A stretch of 64,000 nt of DNA from Candidatus Poribacteria bacterium (GCA_963422705.1 OY730443.1:3169394-3233393); one strand, 5' to 3'; positions 40,929 through 51,241 are shown, counted from the first letter of the stretch. The notes: generated from the sequence alone by a model not told the origin. Numbers and translations are program-made.

Positions 40929-43613
40929 CTATTCCTTAAGGCTGCTATAATAGAGCGCGTTGAATAACAACTTAAACGTTCCTACGGATTGCCCGCGGTG
41001 TTGGGGCTTGAATCCGAAAAGAATTACCCGTCCTTCCCCGATGCTGGTTTCCAATAGTGCGGCTTTCTGTCGGATACGTTTTTCGCCTTCTAGCCAACCA
41101 CTCATCAGTGGGTTGAACTCGGGATAGGTAGCAAGTTGTTTGGCGGCGCCCTGTCTCCCATCGAAGACGGGGCCGAATTTAAAAAAGATTGCGGTGTCCC
41201 TTTCAAGCCCATAGCCGATAGGGTGTCTCGTATCAATCCGGACGCGCAATAAGGAGCCGGGGCAGAAAAAGGTGTCTTCCTTTGAAGCATTTTTCTGTTC
41301 TACGACATTAACGATACCATTCTCGCTTAGCCCGAAGTATTTCATTGGCAATTCTGTTGCGCGATTTAGGCAGATTAGATTGCCGCCTTCCTCGATAAAC
41401 GTGCGCAAATTCGCGAGTCCCTCTATTCCGATTCCGCCGACATATTCGGGCGGTAATTTCCCGGGCGCGTGTCCATTGAGGATACCGTTTGCATCCATAT
41501 CGGGCAAAATGATGGCATCGTAGCGCGCCGCTAAATTTCCGGCGCGCATCTCGGCATTAGTAATTGTATGATAAGTAAAATTATGTGTTTCTAGCACCCA
41601 TCTCGTCCATCCTTCGTCGATGTTCGCCGTCCACGGTTTGTACAGCCCAAGGCGAGGCGGTAAAAGCTGCGTGAACCTTCGACTAAGGGGCGCATCATCC
41701 AGGGCGGCATAGGCGTACATGTGAATCCCGTATTCTTCGGCGAGTGCTTGCATCTCTTCCACTTGCTGTAAAGGCGGCACTCCTGTCCGAATTAGAATGG
41801 CCCCGGGGAGAAGTTTTTGATTTCCTTGAATCTCTATTTCGCGTTTGGCCCAATAGAGCCGGTAGGCGGGGTTCCCGTCTGCGCGCGTAGTACGCAATAA
41901 CTGGTTGAGTAACATTGTCTCTCTATTTGACCGGTTTTCAAAAAGGTAGCCAGTCGGTTCCGGAACAAGTTTCAGGCTTCCATGAATTGGGGGAAGTGAA
42001 TCGATTTTTGCCAAGTCAGCCTCAAACGGGTGCACCACGGGTACGGTTCTGACACCCATCTGCAAAGGGAGTGTCCAGCCGGCGATGTCGTACGGGCGTT
42101 CTAGCGGCGCATTTGGAGAAGGACGGCGGTCCGGGTATCTCTGAATTTCAAGCAAATCTTTGGCGTGCGCGCGAAAAGGTTGTGCCATCGAGATAACGTA
42201 AGTGCCTTCAGGATATTCCACCCCATCTGCCATAAAGTGTGATTTTGCCTGATGAATTATGACGCCCCCACGCTGAAGAATATTTAGCATCTTACGTGCG
42301 ATGTGTATGTCACGTTGACGCGTCGGTACCAGGAAGGCGCGCGGTGGTTCCTGCTGCCCTTTCTCTATTGCCTGTAGCCCCATTTTGTAAAAGTTAGTTT
42401 TCAGTGTTACTCGATGCTCGGCGGCGAAGGATAGGATTGAATGCGCTGCGGCGAGTTCATAGTTAACAATGTCTCTCAACCGCCACCATCCGCCTGGCCA
42501 CGGTTCAGGAAAGTTGGTGCGCACGGTATATTTATCAAGTCCTCGCCGGTATCCTCTCAGGGTTCCATGGGGTTGAAAAATCGGCGTCGCAATCTCCACG
42601 CGTGCTGCCTCAGTCAAAATGCCAACCATGTTGTGTCGATAGGGGGCTGTGCGAAATCCGCCATGCCACCAAGTATCATAGACGGCACTGGATAATACGC
42701 CCTTGAAGCCTTGTGTGGTTAAATCAAAAGCGAGTTGCGCGCCGATTAAGGACAAGGTTCGCTGCAAGAGCGGCGGGATGTTCGGATTAACCGGGTCAAA
42801 GTAAGGGGGAATTACAAACCGGGGGCCACGATAACTCATCTCATGAACATCGTAGACAATCTCGGGGAACCATTCTTGATATAGGACGCGTGTTAGGAGC
42901 TGCGTCTCAACCTGTGTCAACATAAACCAATCGCGGTTGTTATCATGTCCTGTATATTTCTGGTAGAGCTAAGGCAGCTCTGCGCCTTCATACGGGGTGC
43001 CGACGTTTCGGTTATACCAATCGACAACGATGTTTAACCCGTCCGGATTTGCGGACGGAATTAATAGAATTATGACGTTTTCAAGAATGGACAACATTTC
43101 AGGTGTCTCGGCGATGGCAAATTGATGTGTGAATTCCATCGCCATCTGCGAGGAGGCGAGCTCTGTTGAATGCAAGTTGCAGTTAATCAGCACGACGGTT
43201 TTCCCTTCTTGACTGAGCGCATTAAGTTCGTCTGATTCACCGTGTTTTGGCTTTGCCAATCGCTGCTGTATCGCTTGGTACCCGGCGCGATTTTTCAAGG
43301 TTTCCGGGGCAGAAATCAGCACCATAATAAAATCGTTCCCGTCTGTCGTCTTCCCAAGTTCCTCTACCTCTACCCGGGGTGAGTTGTCAGCAACGTGGCG
43401 CAGATAGGTAGAAACCGTCTGCCATCCTGCAACTTGATAATCCGAACCTACCTTAAAGCCGAGGGCCTCTTCAGGACTCATCAATTGTGCTGTGGCAGGT
43501 GAAATGGATATGCTCAACGAAAGTAGTAGCAAGCTCCACAGTCGCTGGTGTGGGATAGTATGCGTGAGAACCCGCGGCGGATATCTCCAATTCCTGTGGA
43601 TGATATTAAACAT
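40929..43613 (-). CDS. M14-family zinc carboxypeptidase, interrupted by an in-frame TAG at 42969..42971 (two ORFs 42969..43613 and 40929..42923)
   Basis: Signal peptide. Zinc ligands INCNLHSTE (HxxE) and SANPDG. Read-through of the TAG gives the conserved continuation GAELP*LYQKYTGHDNNRDWFMLTQ. Confidence 0.7.
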
Positions 43614-44182
43614 TTCTATGAATGGTTCCTTTATTTTATCTGTTTTCAGGGTTTACGGGCATTCGTTTGTTTTGCCCAATCCTTTAGGTTTGGGATATAA
43701 GCCCGCTAAGGGCCTAATCCTTGTGAAATAAATTTGACTTTTCTGCTAAAAATGTGATATCATATTCGTATCAAGTTGGCAGACATGAACAGCGTTACCA
43801 CTTGGTAGCGTGTCTGCCTACCCACTAGGGGTTTAAGACTTGAAACTTGATAGTCCATGAAAACCTATAAATACCCGCTTGGGAAACAATCTAATACGAT
43901 GCGCATTGGAAATCAGCTTGACGATATGTGGCAGGTGCATGTGTATTTCCATAAGTGGCAGCGTCACCGGTATAAATATGGTTTGCCGTATGCCAACTAC
44001 GCTGCAATGTGTCAACATGCATGCATATTGAAACGAACCACACATCCACATTGGAAGTTGTTGCCAAGCCAAGCCATCCAAGCAGAGCTAGAACGAATTG
44101 ATAATGCGTATCAAAGGTTCTTTAATAAACTGGGAGGTAACCCCCATATCAAACCTCGCCATAAGTTTAAGTCTATCACGCT

Positions 44183-44288
44183 GAAACAAACTGGATTTAA
44201 ACTGACTGATAACCGTATTACACTCACTTTTCGTCGAAACAAACTGGATTTAAACTGACTGATAACCGTATTACACTCACTTTTCGTC
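44183..44288 (+). repeat. 53-bp perfect tandem duplication (gaaacaaactggatttaaactgactgataaccgtattacactcacttttcgtc x2) that frameshifts tnpB
   Basis: Copy 1 is 44183..44235 and copy 2 is 44236..44288. 53 is not a multiple of 3, and a TAA lies just after the junction. Confidence 0.9.
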
Positions 44289-44668
44289 AGTGGGATAAAG
44301 GGAAGTGGCGATTTGATAAAGTGCCAACTACGTTTCATAAGCACCGCCAGTGGCATGGGACTCTCCGTCGTATCACAATCAAATGTGATAATTGTGGCGA
44401 CTATTGGCTTTACATCATAACGGATGACACCGATTTTAAACCGCTGCCGACAACAGGTAAAAGCGTTGGGGCAGACTTCGGAATGAAAGACGCGTACTTG
44501 ACACTTAGCACGGGTGAGAAGATACAACACCCCGAACCTTTGAAACAGTCCTTGAACAAACTTCGGACTCTCAATAAAGCGTTTTCTCGTAAAGTTAAAG
44601 GTTCTGGCAACTGGTGGCGATGTGTCAGGCAACTTGCACGTCTGTATCGGAAAATTAGCAACCACCGC

Positions 44669-44691
44669 GAAACGGCGGTTTCGCCCTACGC
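44669..44691 (+). repeat. 23-nt hairpin mini-repeat gaaacggcggtttcgccctacgc, copy 1, in-frame inside tnpB-1 (encodes ..ETAVSPYA..)
   Basis: Identical 23-mer found four times in the window. Stem gaaac/gtttc with loop ggcgg. Absent from the aligned position of the second TnpB. Confidence 0.85.
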
Positions 44692-44949
44692 TAAAGATTT
44701 TCACTGGCAACTGGCAAGTGAACTTTGTAAAAAGTTTTCTTGCTTTGTCCTTGAGACGTTGAACCTTGACGGCATGAAACGACTGTGGGGGCGTAAAGTC
44801 TCGGACCTCGCCTTCTACCAGTTCGTTGAGATATTGGAATATAAGTGCAGTAAACATAAACGTATGAGGAAACAAATCGGACAATGGACGCCGACAACGA
44901 AGCCGTGTTCAGATTGTGGGTATCACAACAAAGAACTAAGACTTTCAGA

Positions 44950-45171
44950 TAGGCAGTGGACATGCCCCGACTGTGGTCCACACCACGACAGAGACATCAA
45001 CGCTGCGATAAACATTTTGCGGGCAGGGATAGCCGTCACTTGACGATATGCCTGTAGAAAACTACAGGGAAATGCCCGTAGGTGGAGCGACAGTAAGACG
45101 GTGGACACTTTGAGAAAACCGCAGTTGCTATGAAACCGAAGCCCCACGCTTTAGCGTGTGGGTGCTATCAC
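44950..45171 (+). ncRNA. Candidate TnpB-associated reRNA/omegaRNA scaffold (3' end of tnpB plus RE)
   Basis: By analogy with IS200/IS605 TnpB systems, the guide RNA derives from the tnpB 3' end through the RE boundary (…ctatcac at 45171). The 5' boundary is a guess. Confidence 0.3.
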
Positions 45172-45600
45172 GAAAGTATAATATAGAATGTCCGATGTGT
45201 CCAGAATGATTTTGTCCGAATGAGTTATCGTAGGTTTTAAAAGGAGTGATACCGTTCCCAATGAGAACCTTGCAGGCGCGCTTGCCAAGTGCGCAGTTTG
45301 AGACAGCTCCGGTGAAGATAAATGTCGCGGTATTTTTCTACTACACTGTAATTCTCGACTAGAAAGTCAATAACCCCCGACTTCAGTCGGGGGCTTGTGC
45401 GAAGCGTATACCAAACGTTCACTCCACAAGTTAAACGATTTTCTACAGTAAAATATCGCTTTATCTGGGCGTGGTGGCCTAAACAATGTTTCGGATACTC
45501 CCCTCGTCCGATTCACGCTACGATATTGCGCTCTGGAAGGGGCAATATACAACCCGTAAGGGAGATTACAAACGATGTTTGTTCCGGTGACGAGTCAAAC
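45172..45600 (+). ncRNA. Candidate omegaRNA for the downstream IsrB-like gene (about 400-nt ORF-poor structured region)
   Basis: Lies immediately 5' of, and overlapping, the IsrB-like start, as in IscB/IsrB loci. Contains a strong hairpin cccccgac-ttca-gtcggggg (45374..45393). No convincing protein ORF. Confidence 0.35.
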
Positions 45601-46375
45601 AGGTGCCTTGTTGATGCCGACGCGTGCGAACAAGGCGGGCATGCTGATTAAGAAAGGTTTCGCCACGCCCTATTGGTCAAATGGGATATTCTGTATCCGG
45701 CTTAACTATGCTACCGAAGCCGCATACACACAAGATATCGTCGTCGGTGTAGAACCCGGTAGCAAGAAAGAAGGCTTTACCGTCACATCAGCATCTCATA
45801 CCTATTTGAATGTTCAGGCAGACGCTCACGTCGGTGTCGGTAAGAAAGTGGCGAAGCGTCGAGAGTTGCGTAGAAGTCGGCGTTCACGAAAGTGTCCGAA
45901 TCGCAAGAATAGAACCAACCGTCTTGCGAATAGAGCGCGTATCCCCGCAGGCACACGTGCGAGATGGGACTGGAAACTTCGGATATTGGATTGGTTGTCC
46001 AAACTGTATCCGGTTAGCCACGTTTGTGTTGAGGATATTAAGGCACGGACAATAGAACGTGCGAAGAAGTGGAACACCTCCTTTAGTCCGCTTCAAGTTG
46101 GTAAACAGTGGTTCTATCGCGAAATCCGTAAACGGTGGGAACTGTTCACTTTACAAGGGTGGGAGACGAAAGAAATACGAGAGAGGTTAGGTCTCAAGAA
46201 GTCTTCAAAGAAACTATCGGAACCCTTTGATGCGCATTGCGTAGATTCTTGGTGTCTGGCACATCATACCGTAGGCGGTTTGGATATACCCGATAACACG
46301 TCGCTTCCGAAACGGCGGTTTCGCCCTACGCTTGTGTATCTCACCGATACCGATAAAACGCAGAGAGTTGCATAG
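45575..46375 (+). CDS. Compact IsrB-like (HNH-less IscB) OMEGA nuclease, 266 aa
   Basis: N-terminal PLMP-like domain (GALLMPTRANKAGMLIKKGFATPYW). RuvC-I IVVGVEPGSKKEGFTV. Arg-rich bridge helix KRRELRRSRRSRKCPNRKNRTNR. RuvC-II VSHVCVEDIKA. RuvC-III FDAHCVDSWCLAHH. No CxxC/HNH insert between RuvC-II and RuvC-III. Confidence 0.6.
   Translation: MFVPVTSQTGALLMPTRANKAGMLIKKGFATPYWSNGIFCIRLNYATEAAYTQDIVVGVEPGSKKEGFTVTSASHTYLNVQADAHVGVGKKVAKRRELRRSRRSRKCPNRKNRTNRLANRARIPAGTRARWDWKLRILDWLSKLYPVSHVCVEDIKARTIERAKKWNTSFSPLQVGKQWFYREIRKRWELFTLQGWETKEIRERLGLKKSSKKLSEPFDAHCVDSWCLAHHTVGGLDIPDNTSLPKRRFRPTLVYLTDTDKTQRVA
46309..46331 (+). repeat. Same 23-nt hairpin mini-repeat, copy 2, in-frame near the 3' end of the IsrB-like gene (encodes ..KRRFRPTL..)
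   Basis: Exact 23-mer match. Confidence 0.85.
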
Positions 46376-46485
46376 GCAACAGGAAGCGAAAGGCGGTAAA
46401 CGCACACGGGTGGGTGGCACTGTATTAGGGAAAGGCTTAGTCAAAAATACATTGCTTAATCATGTCAAATACGGTTTAACCCGCC

Positions 46486-46508
46486 GAAACGGCGGTTTCG
46501 CCCTACGC
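46486..46508 (+). repeat. Same 23-nt hairpin mini-repeat, copy 3, intergenic downstream of the IsrB-like gene
   Basis: Exact 23-mer match. Confidence 0.85.
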
Positions 46509-46936
46509 TCTTGCTGGCGTTAACGCAAATGGTTTGTTTTCGATATACAGTATGGGAAACAAACGATTAACCACAGGGGCGAAGCGTTCTGATTTTCGCG
46601 TGCTAACACGCCTCAACTTTTACTATAGGAGCGGTGTTTCCTCCCCTGAATGAATTCAGGGGGTTCCACACCGAAGAAAATGATGAATCGAAATCATAAT
46701 ACCTCCCGGTAGGAGGAGTCTTCTCTTTGATTTCCGCGTCGTCCAGATTCCTGCCGTCTCGAGAGCGTCACGACATGTCGAAAACGAAATGGGCTAAACT
46801 ACGCTGTATTAACACTTGACATTTTTGAAATTTTGTAGTATCTTTATTAGGAGTTTTCAACAAACCTGCAAAAAGATGTGCTCGTTCAATCGCATGGGGA
46901 GTGCTCTAATTAGAACATAAGGAGAGGAACGAAACT

Positions 46937-48142
46937 TTGATGAAAAAGGGTGTCATCATTCCATTGGCTTTGCTACTGCTACTAATGACTGGTTTTGGCT
47001 GTGATAGGAAACAGAAAGGGCCGAGCAATCTATCCGTCGGCAAAAGTAAACTGGTTGATAGTGGGCTTACACTAGAAGCTGTTAAACATCTCAAAAAAGC
47101 GGAACAAGAAGAGGAGAATAAATTAGAACCCCGTGTCCTGCTCTTGATTGCGTACTCACAGGGAATCGCTGATAAGAGCGCGATGAACCACGGCGTTGAG
47201 GCAGAATACAAAAATCAGAGGGAACGGCGGATAGCGGAGCTTACCGAAGCTGAAATGAACGCCATCCTTCAAATTCTCAGTACGCCGTCCCGCATTAGGA
47301 AAACAGGGCTGCAAATCTTCGTTGATAAGGGGGCTGAAGTAGTGCCTCTACTCTTGGATAGCCTTGTCAAAGGACAGTATCCTGGATTGCATCCAAATTT
47401 TACAGATATATTGGTAAAAATTGGCAGTGAAGGACTCCCGCAAATTTTAGAGACGGTGCGCGCAGAAATGATACATGCCCCAATTAAGGTTAAACTGGTG
47501 GAAGTCATCGCAGGAATTGGGGACAGGCAGGCCGTCGCGGCGTTAAAATCGATGCAAAAATCAACTTTAGATGCAGCGGTGGCGATGACGATTAACACCA
47601 CACTCTATCAACTTGGAGAAATCTCGTATAAAACAGAAATTCTTTCAGGGTTAAAGCATAGCAATGTTGAAGTCCGACGCGCTTCCGCGAAGGCGATGGT
47701 GAATATCAGTGATGTCCCACCCAAAACCCTTATCACGCGTTTGACAGATAGGGATTCGCAAATGGTAACCGATTTGGTAAAGGCGTTAGCAATTCATAGA
47801 GACGAGACGGCTGTTGCACCGATGGTAGATATCCTAACCGGTGAATTAGACAAAGACGCAAAGCAAGCGGCAATCAATACGCTGGAAATCTATGTTGAGA
47901 ATAAACTCGCCAAAACTTTAGCTCGCCGCGCTACCGAGCTCCTTACGAGTGGAAAGGTAAGCAATGCGAGGAATCGACTCTATCTTGCGCAACTCCTCAA
48001 ACGTGAACCGTTGAGAAATCAAATTGAGGCAATAAAAACCTTTGAAGATCTTGGGTATAAACTCCATGAATACTACTCAATTGAGGAAAGCCAGCTCGTC
48101 AAAACGACGTTGAAGCAGCTACTGGATCTGCTTGGAAATTAA
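46937..48142 (+). CDS. HEAT/PBS-lyase-like repeat lipoprotein (paralog A)
   Basis: Signal peptide plus Cys. Repeated helical hairpins. Co-linear similarity to the 48774 paralog (…EPRVLLLIAYSQG…, …VVPLLLDSLV…). Confidence 0.5.
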   Translation: MMKKGVIIPLALLLLLMTGFGCDRKQKGPSNLSVGKSKLVDSGLTLEAVKHLKKAEQEEENKLEPRVLLLIAYSQGIADKSAMNHGVEAEYKNQRERRIAELTEAEMNAILQILSTPSRIRKTGLQIFVDKGAEVVPLLLDSLVKGQYPGLHPNFTDILVKIGSEGLPQILETVRAEMIHAPIKVKLVEVIAGIGDRQAVAALKSMQKSTLDAAVAMTINTTLYQLGEISYKTEILSGLKHSNVEVRRASAKAMVNISDVPPKTLITRLTDRDSQMVTDLVKALAIHRDETAVAPMVDILTGELDKDAKQAAINTLEIYVENKLAKTLARRATELLTSGKVSNARNRLYLAQLLKREPLRNQIEAIKTFEDLGYKLHEYYSIEESQLVKTTLKQLLDLLGN

Positions 48143-48773
48143 GGGAACCCATGATATAGTAGAATTTGCAATTACTTCGATATTGTGATGCTTCCACAAG
48201 TTTTTGGGTGGAAAGGAGATAAGTCCTACGCCCGGGGCGTGAACGCCAAATACGACTCAGGGATTTGTAGCATTGATTCTGATTCATGCCAGGAACGCAT
48301 GGCATTCCCCGGATTCATAAAGGAATTTCGGGGATTTGCATTTTATGGAGACATGATTCTAAGCGGGTTCACCGAAGATAAAATTAGCGATACGATTCCT
48401 GAAAGCGGTTAAATCGAGCATCATATCGGATTAACGCCGTGGCCGTTTTCGCGCGCGGTATTTTGCTTATCCATGATAAATGAACTGGCCAAAAATCTTA
48501 AATTTTATTTATTGACACAAAAACTTAACTATTTTAGAATACTTATTCATCGTCTGGACGATTTATTCAAAAATATCTTTGTTGTGGCATCATGTGCATA
48601 CATGTTTCTGGCTACCAACTGGCCGAAAATTGTCCAAACCTTACTAAATAGATGTCTAATATTGGCTTGCAAGTTACGGTTCGCATCATTGCTGTCCGGC
48701 AGTAGGCGCATTGTGAACGTGCACGTCCTGAAGTACGCATGAATAATTAAACAGTCTACCAGTCGGGATTCAA

Positions 48774-50000
48774 TTGAGGAGGAAAGTTAAAGGGAACATG
48801 AAAACAGTTTTAACGATACTACTAGTTATAACCGTTATGGTTGTTGGCTGTCAGCAAAAACCGGTTATCACGCAACTTGAAGTTGGGCGAGGTAAATTGC
48901 TGGAGGCGGGGCTCGCCTTAGAAGCGATAGAGCACCTCAAGCGGGCAGAGGAAGAAGAAGTAAACAAGTTTGAACCTCGGGCACTTCTCCTGATTGCTTA
49001 TAGCTATGCGCTTTTAGAAGGCATCGCAGAAGTTCATGATGTAGAGAGTCAGTACCAGGAGGAACGCACTCGTCGGGTTACGCAATTAAGCGAGTTTGAA
49101 ATTAAGGAAATCCTGAAAATTATTAACCAACGGCACCGCGTTCAAAAGGCTGCAATACAGCTCTTGATTGATAAAGGGGAAGATGTCGTTCCACTTCTTG
49201 TGGACAATCTGGTTAGCGGACGTTATCAGAACGTACACCGCGATTTTGCTCAAATCCTCACCGCCATTGGTTCTAAAGGACTTGATGAATTAATGACAGC
49301 TGTCACGGACGCGAATACGCCAATCACTGTTAAGGTTCAATTCGTGCGAATCATAGGCGACATCGGAGATTCGTCTGCCACATCCGGGTTAGAATCTGTT
49401 ATGGAGACAAGCATGAACGCGGGGTTAAAGATGGAACTTAACGCCGCTCTCTATCTCCTTGGGAATACAAAGTATAAGGAAAATATCATTGCCGGACTTA
49501 CTGATAGCAATCTCAACGTTCGACAAGCGGCCGCAAAATCGATGGCAGTCCTCAACGAACCACCTACTGCCGCAATGGTAACAGCACTTAAGGATTCTGA
49601 TGATACTGTGCGCAGAGACATCGCTAAAGCTCTTCAGAAACATCCGCATCCCAGCGCTATTGACAATCTCATCGAATTGCTCACCAGCAATGCAAGTCCC
49701 AATACAAAGCTAATCGGGGTTAATACGTTGAATCTTTACGCAGAGAATGGCATTGCAAACGGGTTAGCCGGACGTTTAATCGCCTTGTTAACTAACCCTG
49801 ATGTCGTTAATCACGAAGACAGGATTCGCATTGTCCAACTTCTTAAAAAGCCACCCTTGCTCAAGCAAATTGAAGAGGCGGATAAGTACGACAATCTGCC
49901 CTCTCAGGTTTATGATTACTATGCTAACAAGGAAACCAATGGTATGGTAAAAGAGGTGCTGAATGAATTGCTGCTCTTAATACCCGAGTTACCAGAGTAG
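48774..50000 (+). CDS. HEAT/PBS-lyase-like repeat lipoprotein (paralog B)
   Basis: Lipobox VVGC. Same architecture as paralog A (…EPRALLLIAYSYA…, …VVPLLVDNLV…). Confidence 0.5.
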   Translation: MRRKVKGNMKTVLTILLVITVMVVGCQQKPVITQLEVGRGKLLEAGLALEAIEHLKRAEEEEVNKFEPRALLLIAYSYALLEGIAEVHDVESQYQEERTRRVTQLSEFEIKEILKIINQRHRVQKAAIQLLIDKGEDVVPLLVDNLVSGRYQNVHRDFAQILTAIGSKGLDELMTAVTDANTPITVKVQFVRIIGDIGDSSATSGLESVMETSMNAGLKMELNAALYLLGNTKYKENIIAGLTDSNLNVRQAAAKSMAVLNEPPTAAMVTALKDSDDTVRRDIAKALQKHPHPSAIDNLIELLTSNASPNTKLIGVNTLNLYAENGIANGLAGRLIALLTNPDVVNHEDRIRIVQLLKKPPLLKQIEEADKYDNLPSQVYDYYANKETNGMVKEVLNELLLLIPELPE

Positions 50001-50038
50001 CTAAACTATACCATTATCGACTTAAAAGTTTTGGAAAA

Positions 50039-51241
50039 ATGACTGCTAATTCGGTTTTTTCAAAAGGGGCATCCATGCTGAACTATCCTACAAACATCAA
50101 GATTACCCAAATTGAGCAGGTAACTGTGGAAATTGAACAGCCCGCAATTGGATGTAACTCCGGTGCACGGGAGATACAACAGCCTGAACCTAATGGGAAA
50201 TGGAAAGAACGAATCATCCGTATTTATACCGACGATGGCACCGTGGGGTGGGGCGCTGCGGGGTGGGGCGCGACGACAGCAGATGATGTTCAAGGTGCAC
50301 TCAACCAAAACCCGTTCCATCTGCTGAATCCAGCAGATGGCATATTAGAAGAGTTTCGCGGACTTGAAAATGCGTTGTGGGATACCATCGGACGTATCCT
50401 CGGCAAGCCTGCCTATCAACTCATCGGAACCGATGTTTCTGCCAATGGGTTACCCGCTTATGACAGTACCATTTACTTCAATGACCTGCTTTACGAAACG
50501 AAGGTAGAAGGGCTCAAACGAATTGAAAATGATGTCAAAAGCAGTCTTGCCAACGGGTTTCTCGCTTGTAAAATGAAAATCGGGCGCGGGAACCATCTCA
50601 TGGAACGGAAGGCAGGGCTCCATCGTGATATCGAACTCGTCCGGCTGGCACGTAGCACCGCAGGCGAAGGGTTCAATATCCTTGTTGATGCAAACAATGC
50701 TTATACTTACGACGACGTCATAACCTTTTTGAACGAAACAAGCGATTGCAATGTCTTTTGGATTGAGGAGATGTTTGACGAAGACGTTGAATTGTATCGC
50801 AACCTCAAAAAATGGATTCAGGAAAAAGGGGGGAAGACGCTTATCGCTGACGGGGAAACCCGAACACGCGAACCGCTTGAATTTTATGAGCCCTTCTTTG
50901 AGGCAGGCGTGATTGATGTAATCCAGCACGATATGAAAGGACTCGGGGTTACCGGGTGGAGAAAATTGGCTGCCATGGCAGCGGATGCGGATGTGCTCTG
51001 TGCACCGCATAATTGGGGCTCACTGCTCGGATTTTTCCTCAGCCTCCAATTCGGGAAAACAATTCCGCATTTTCTTTATGGCGAAGTTGCCACGCTTAAT
51101 AGCGATGTCATTGACACTTCCGGCTATCGCTTAAACGGTGGCAGGTTTACGGTACCAGATTCGCCCGGACTCGGTTTGGAACTCGATGAAAAGGTTTATG
51201 AGCAACGTTACGCCGGCAGAGAAGAGTGGCGGGTGAATTGA
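50039..51241 (+). CDS. Enolase-superfamily enzyme (mandelate racemase/muconate-lactonizing/dipeptide-epimerase-like)
   Basis: KMKIGRG…, VDANNAYT…, IEEMF… metal-binding/catalytic segment pattern. The more likely start is ATG 50075, preceded by AAAGGGG. Confidence 0.6.
   Translation: MTANSVFSKGASMLNYPTNIKITQIEQVTVEIEQPAIGCNSGAREIQQPEPNGKWKERIIRIYTDDGTVGWGAAGWGATTADDVQGALNQNPFHLLNPADGILEEFRGLENALWDTIGRILGKPAYQLIGTDVSANGLPAYDSTIYFNDLLYETKVEGLKRIENDVKSSLANGFLACKMKIGRGNHLMERKAGLHRDIELVRLARSTAGEGFNILVDANNAYTYDDVITFLNETSDCNVFWIEEMFDEDVELYRNLKKWIQEKGGKTLIADGETRTREPLEFYEPFFEAGVIDVIQHDMKGLGVTGWRKLAAMAADADVLCAPHNWGSLLGFFLSLQFGKTIPHFLYGEVATLNSDVIDTSGYRLNGGRFTVPDSPGLGLELDEKVYEQRYAGREEWRVN

Larger units (their letters stand above)
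43857..45043 (+). pseudogene. tnpB: TnpB (OMEGA RuvC-like RNA-guided nuclease) gene disrupted by a 53-bp tandem duplication
   Basis: The N-terminal part (43857..44258) and C-terminal part (44321..45043, CSDCGYHNKELRLSDRQWTCPDCGPHHDRDINAAINI zinc-finger/RuvC-III) fuse in frame if one copy of the duplicated 53-mer is removed. Confidence 0.8.
43739..45171 (+). mobile_element. IS200/IS605-family element carrying only tnpB (no tnpA), inserted immediately upstream of the M14 peptidase gene
   Basis: Flanked on the left by TTGAC. LE has a long imperfect hairpin (ggcagaca...tgtctgcc). tnpB spans 43857..45043. RE ends ...ctatgaaaccgaagc...ctatcac at 45171 and is shared with the 26.5 kb mini-element. 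Confidence 0.65.

Noticed and set aside
42969-42971. TAG codon reassignment (for example pyrrolysine) as the explanation for the in-frame stop in the M14 gene
   Set aside because: Several clear genes in the window terminate with TAG at the expected position (for example 5770..5772, 6923..6925), so a genome-wide recoding is unlikely.
44111-44884. 257-aa minus-strand ORF
   Set aside because: It is fully antisense to tnpB-1, whose sense frame carries the recognisable zinc-finger/RuvC motifs. It is a shadow ORF of a GC-balanced gene.
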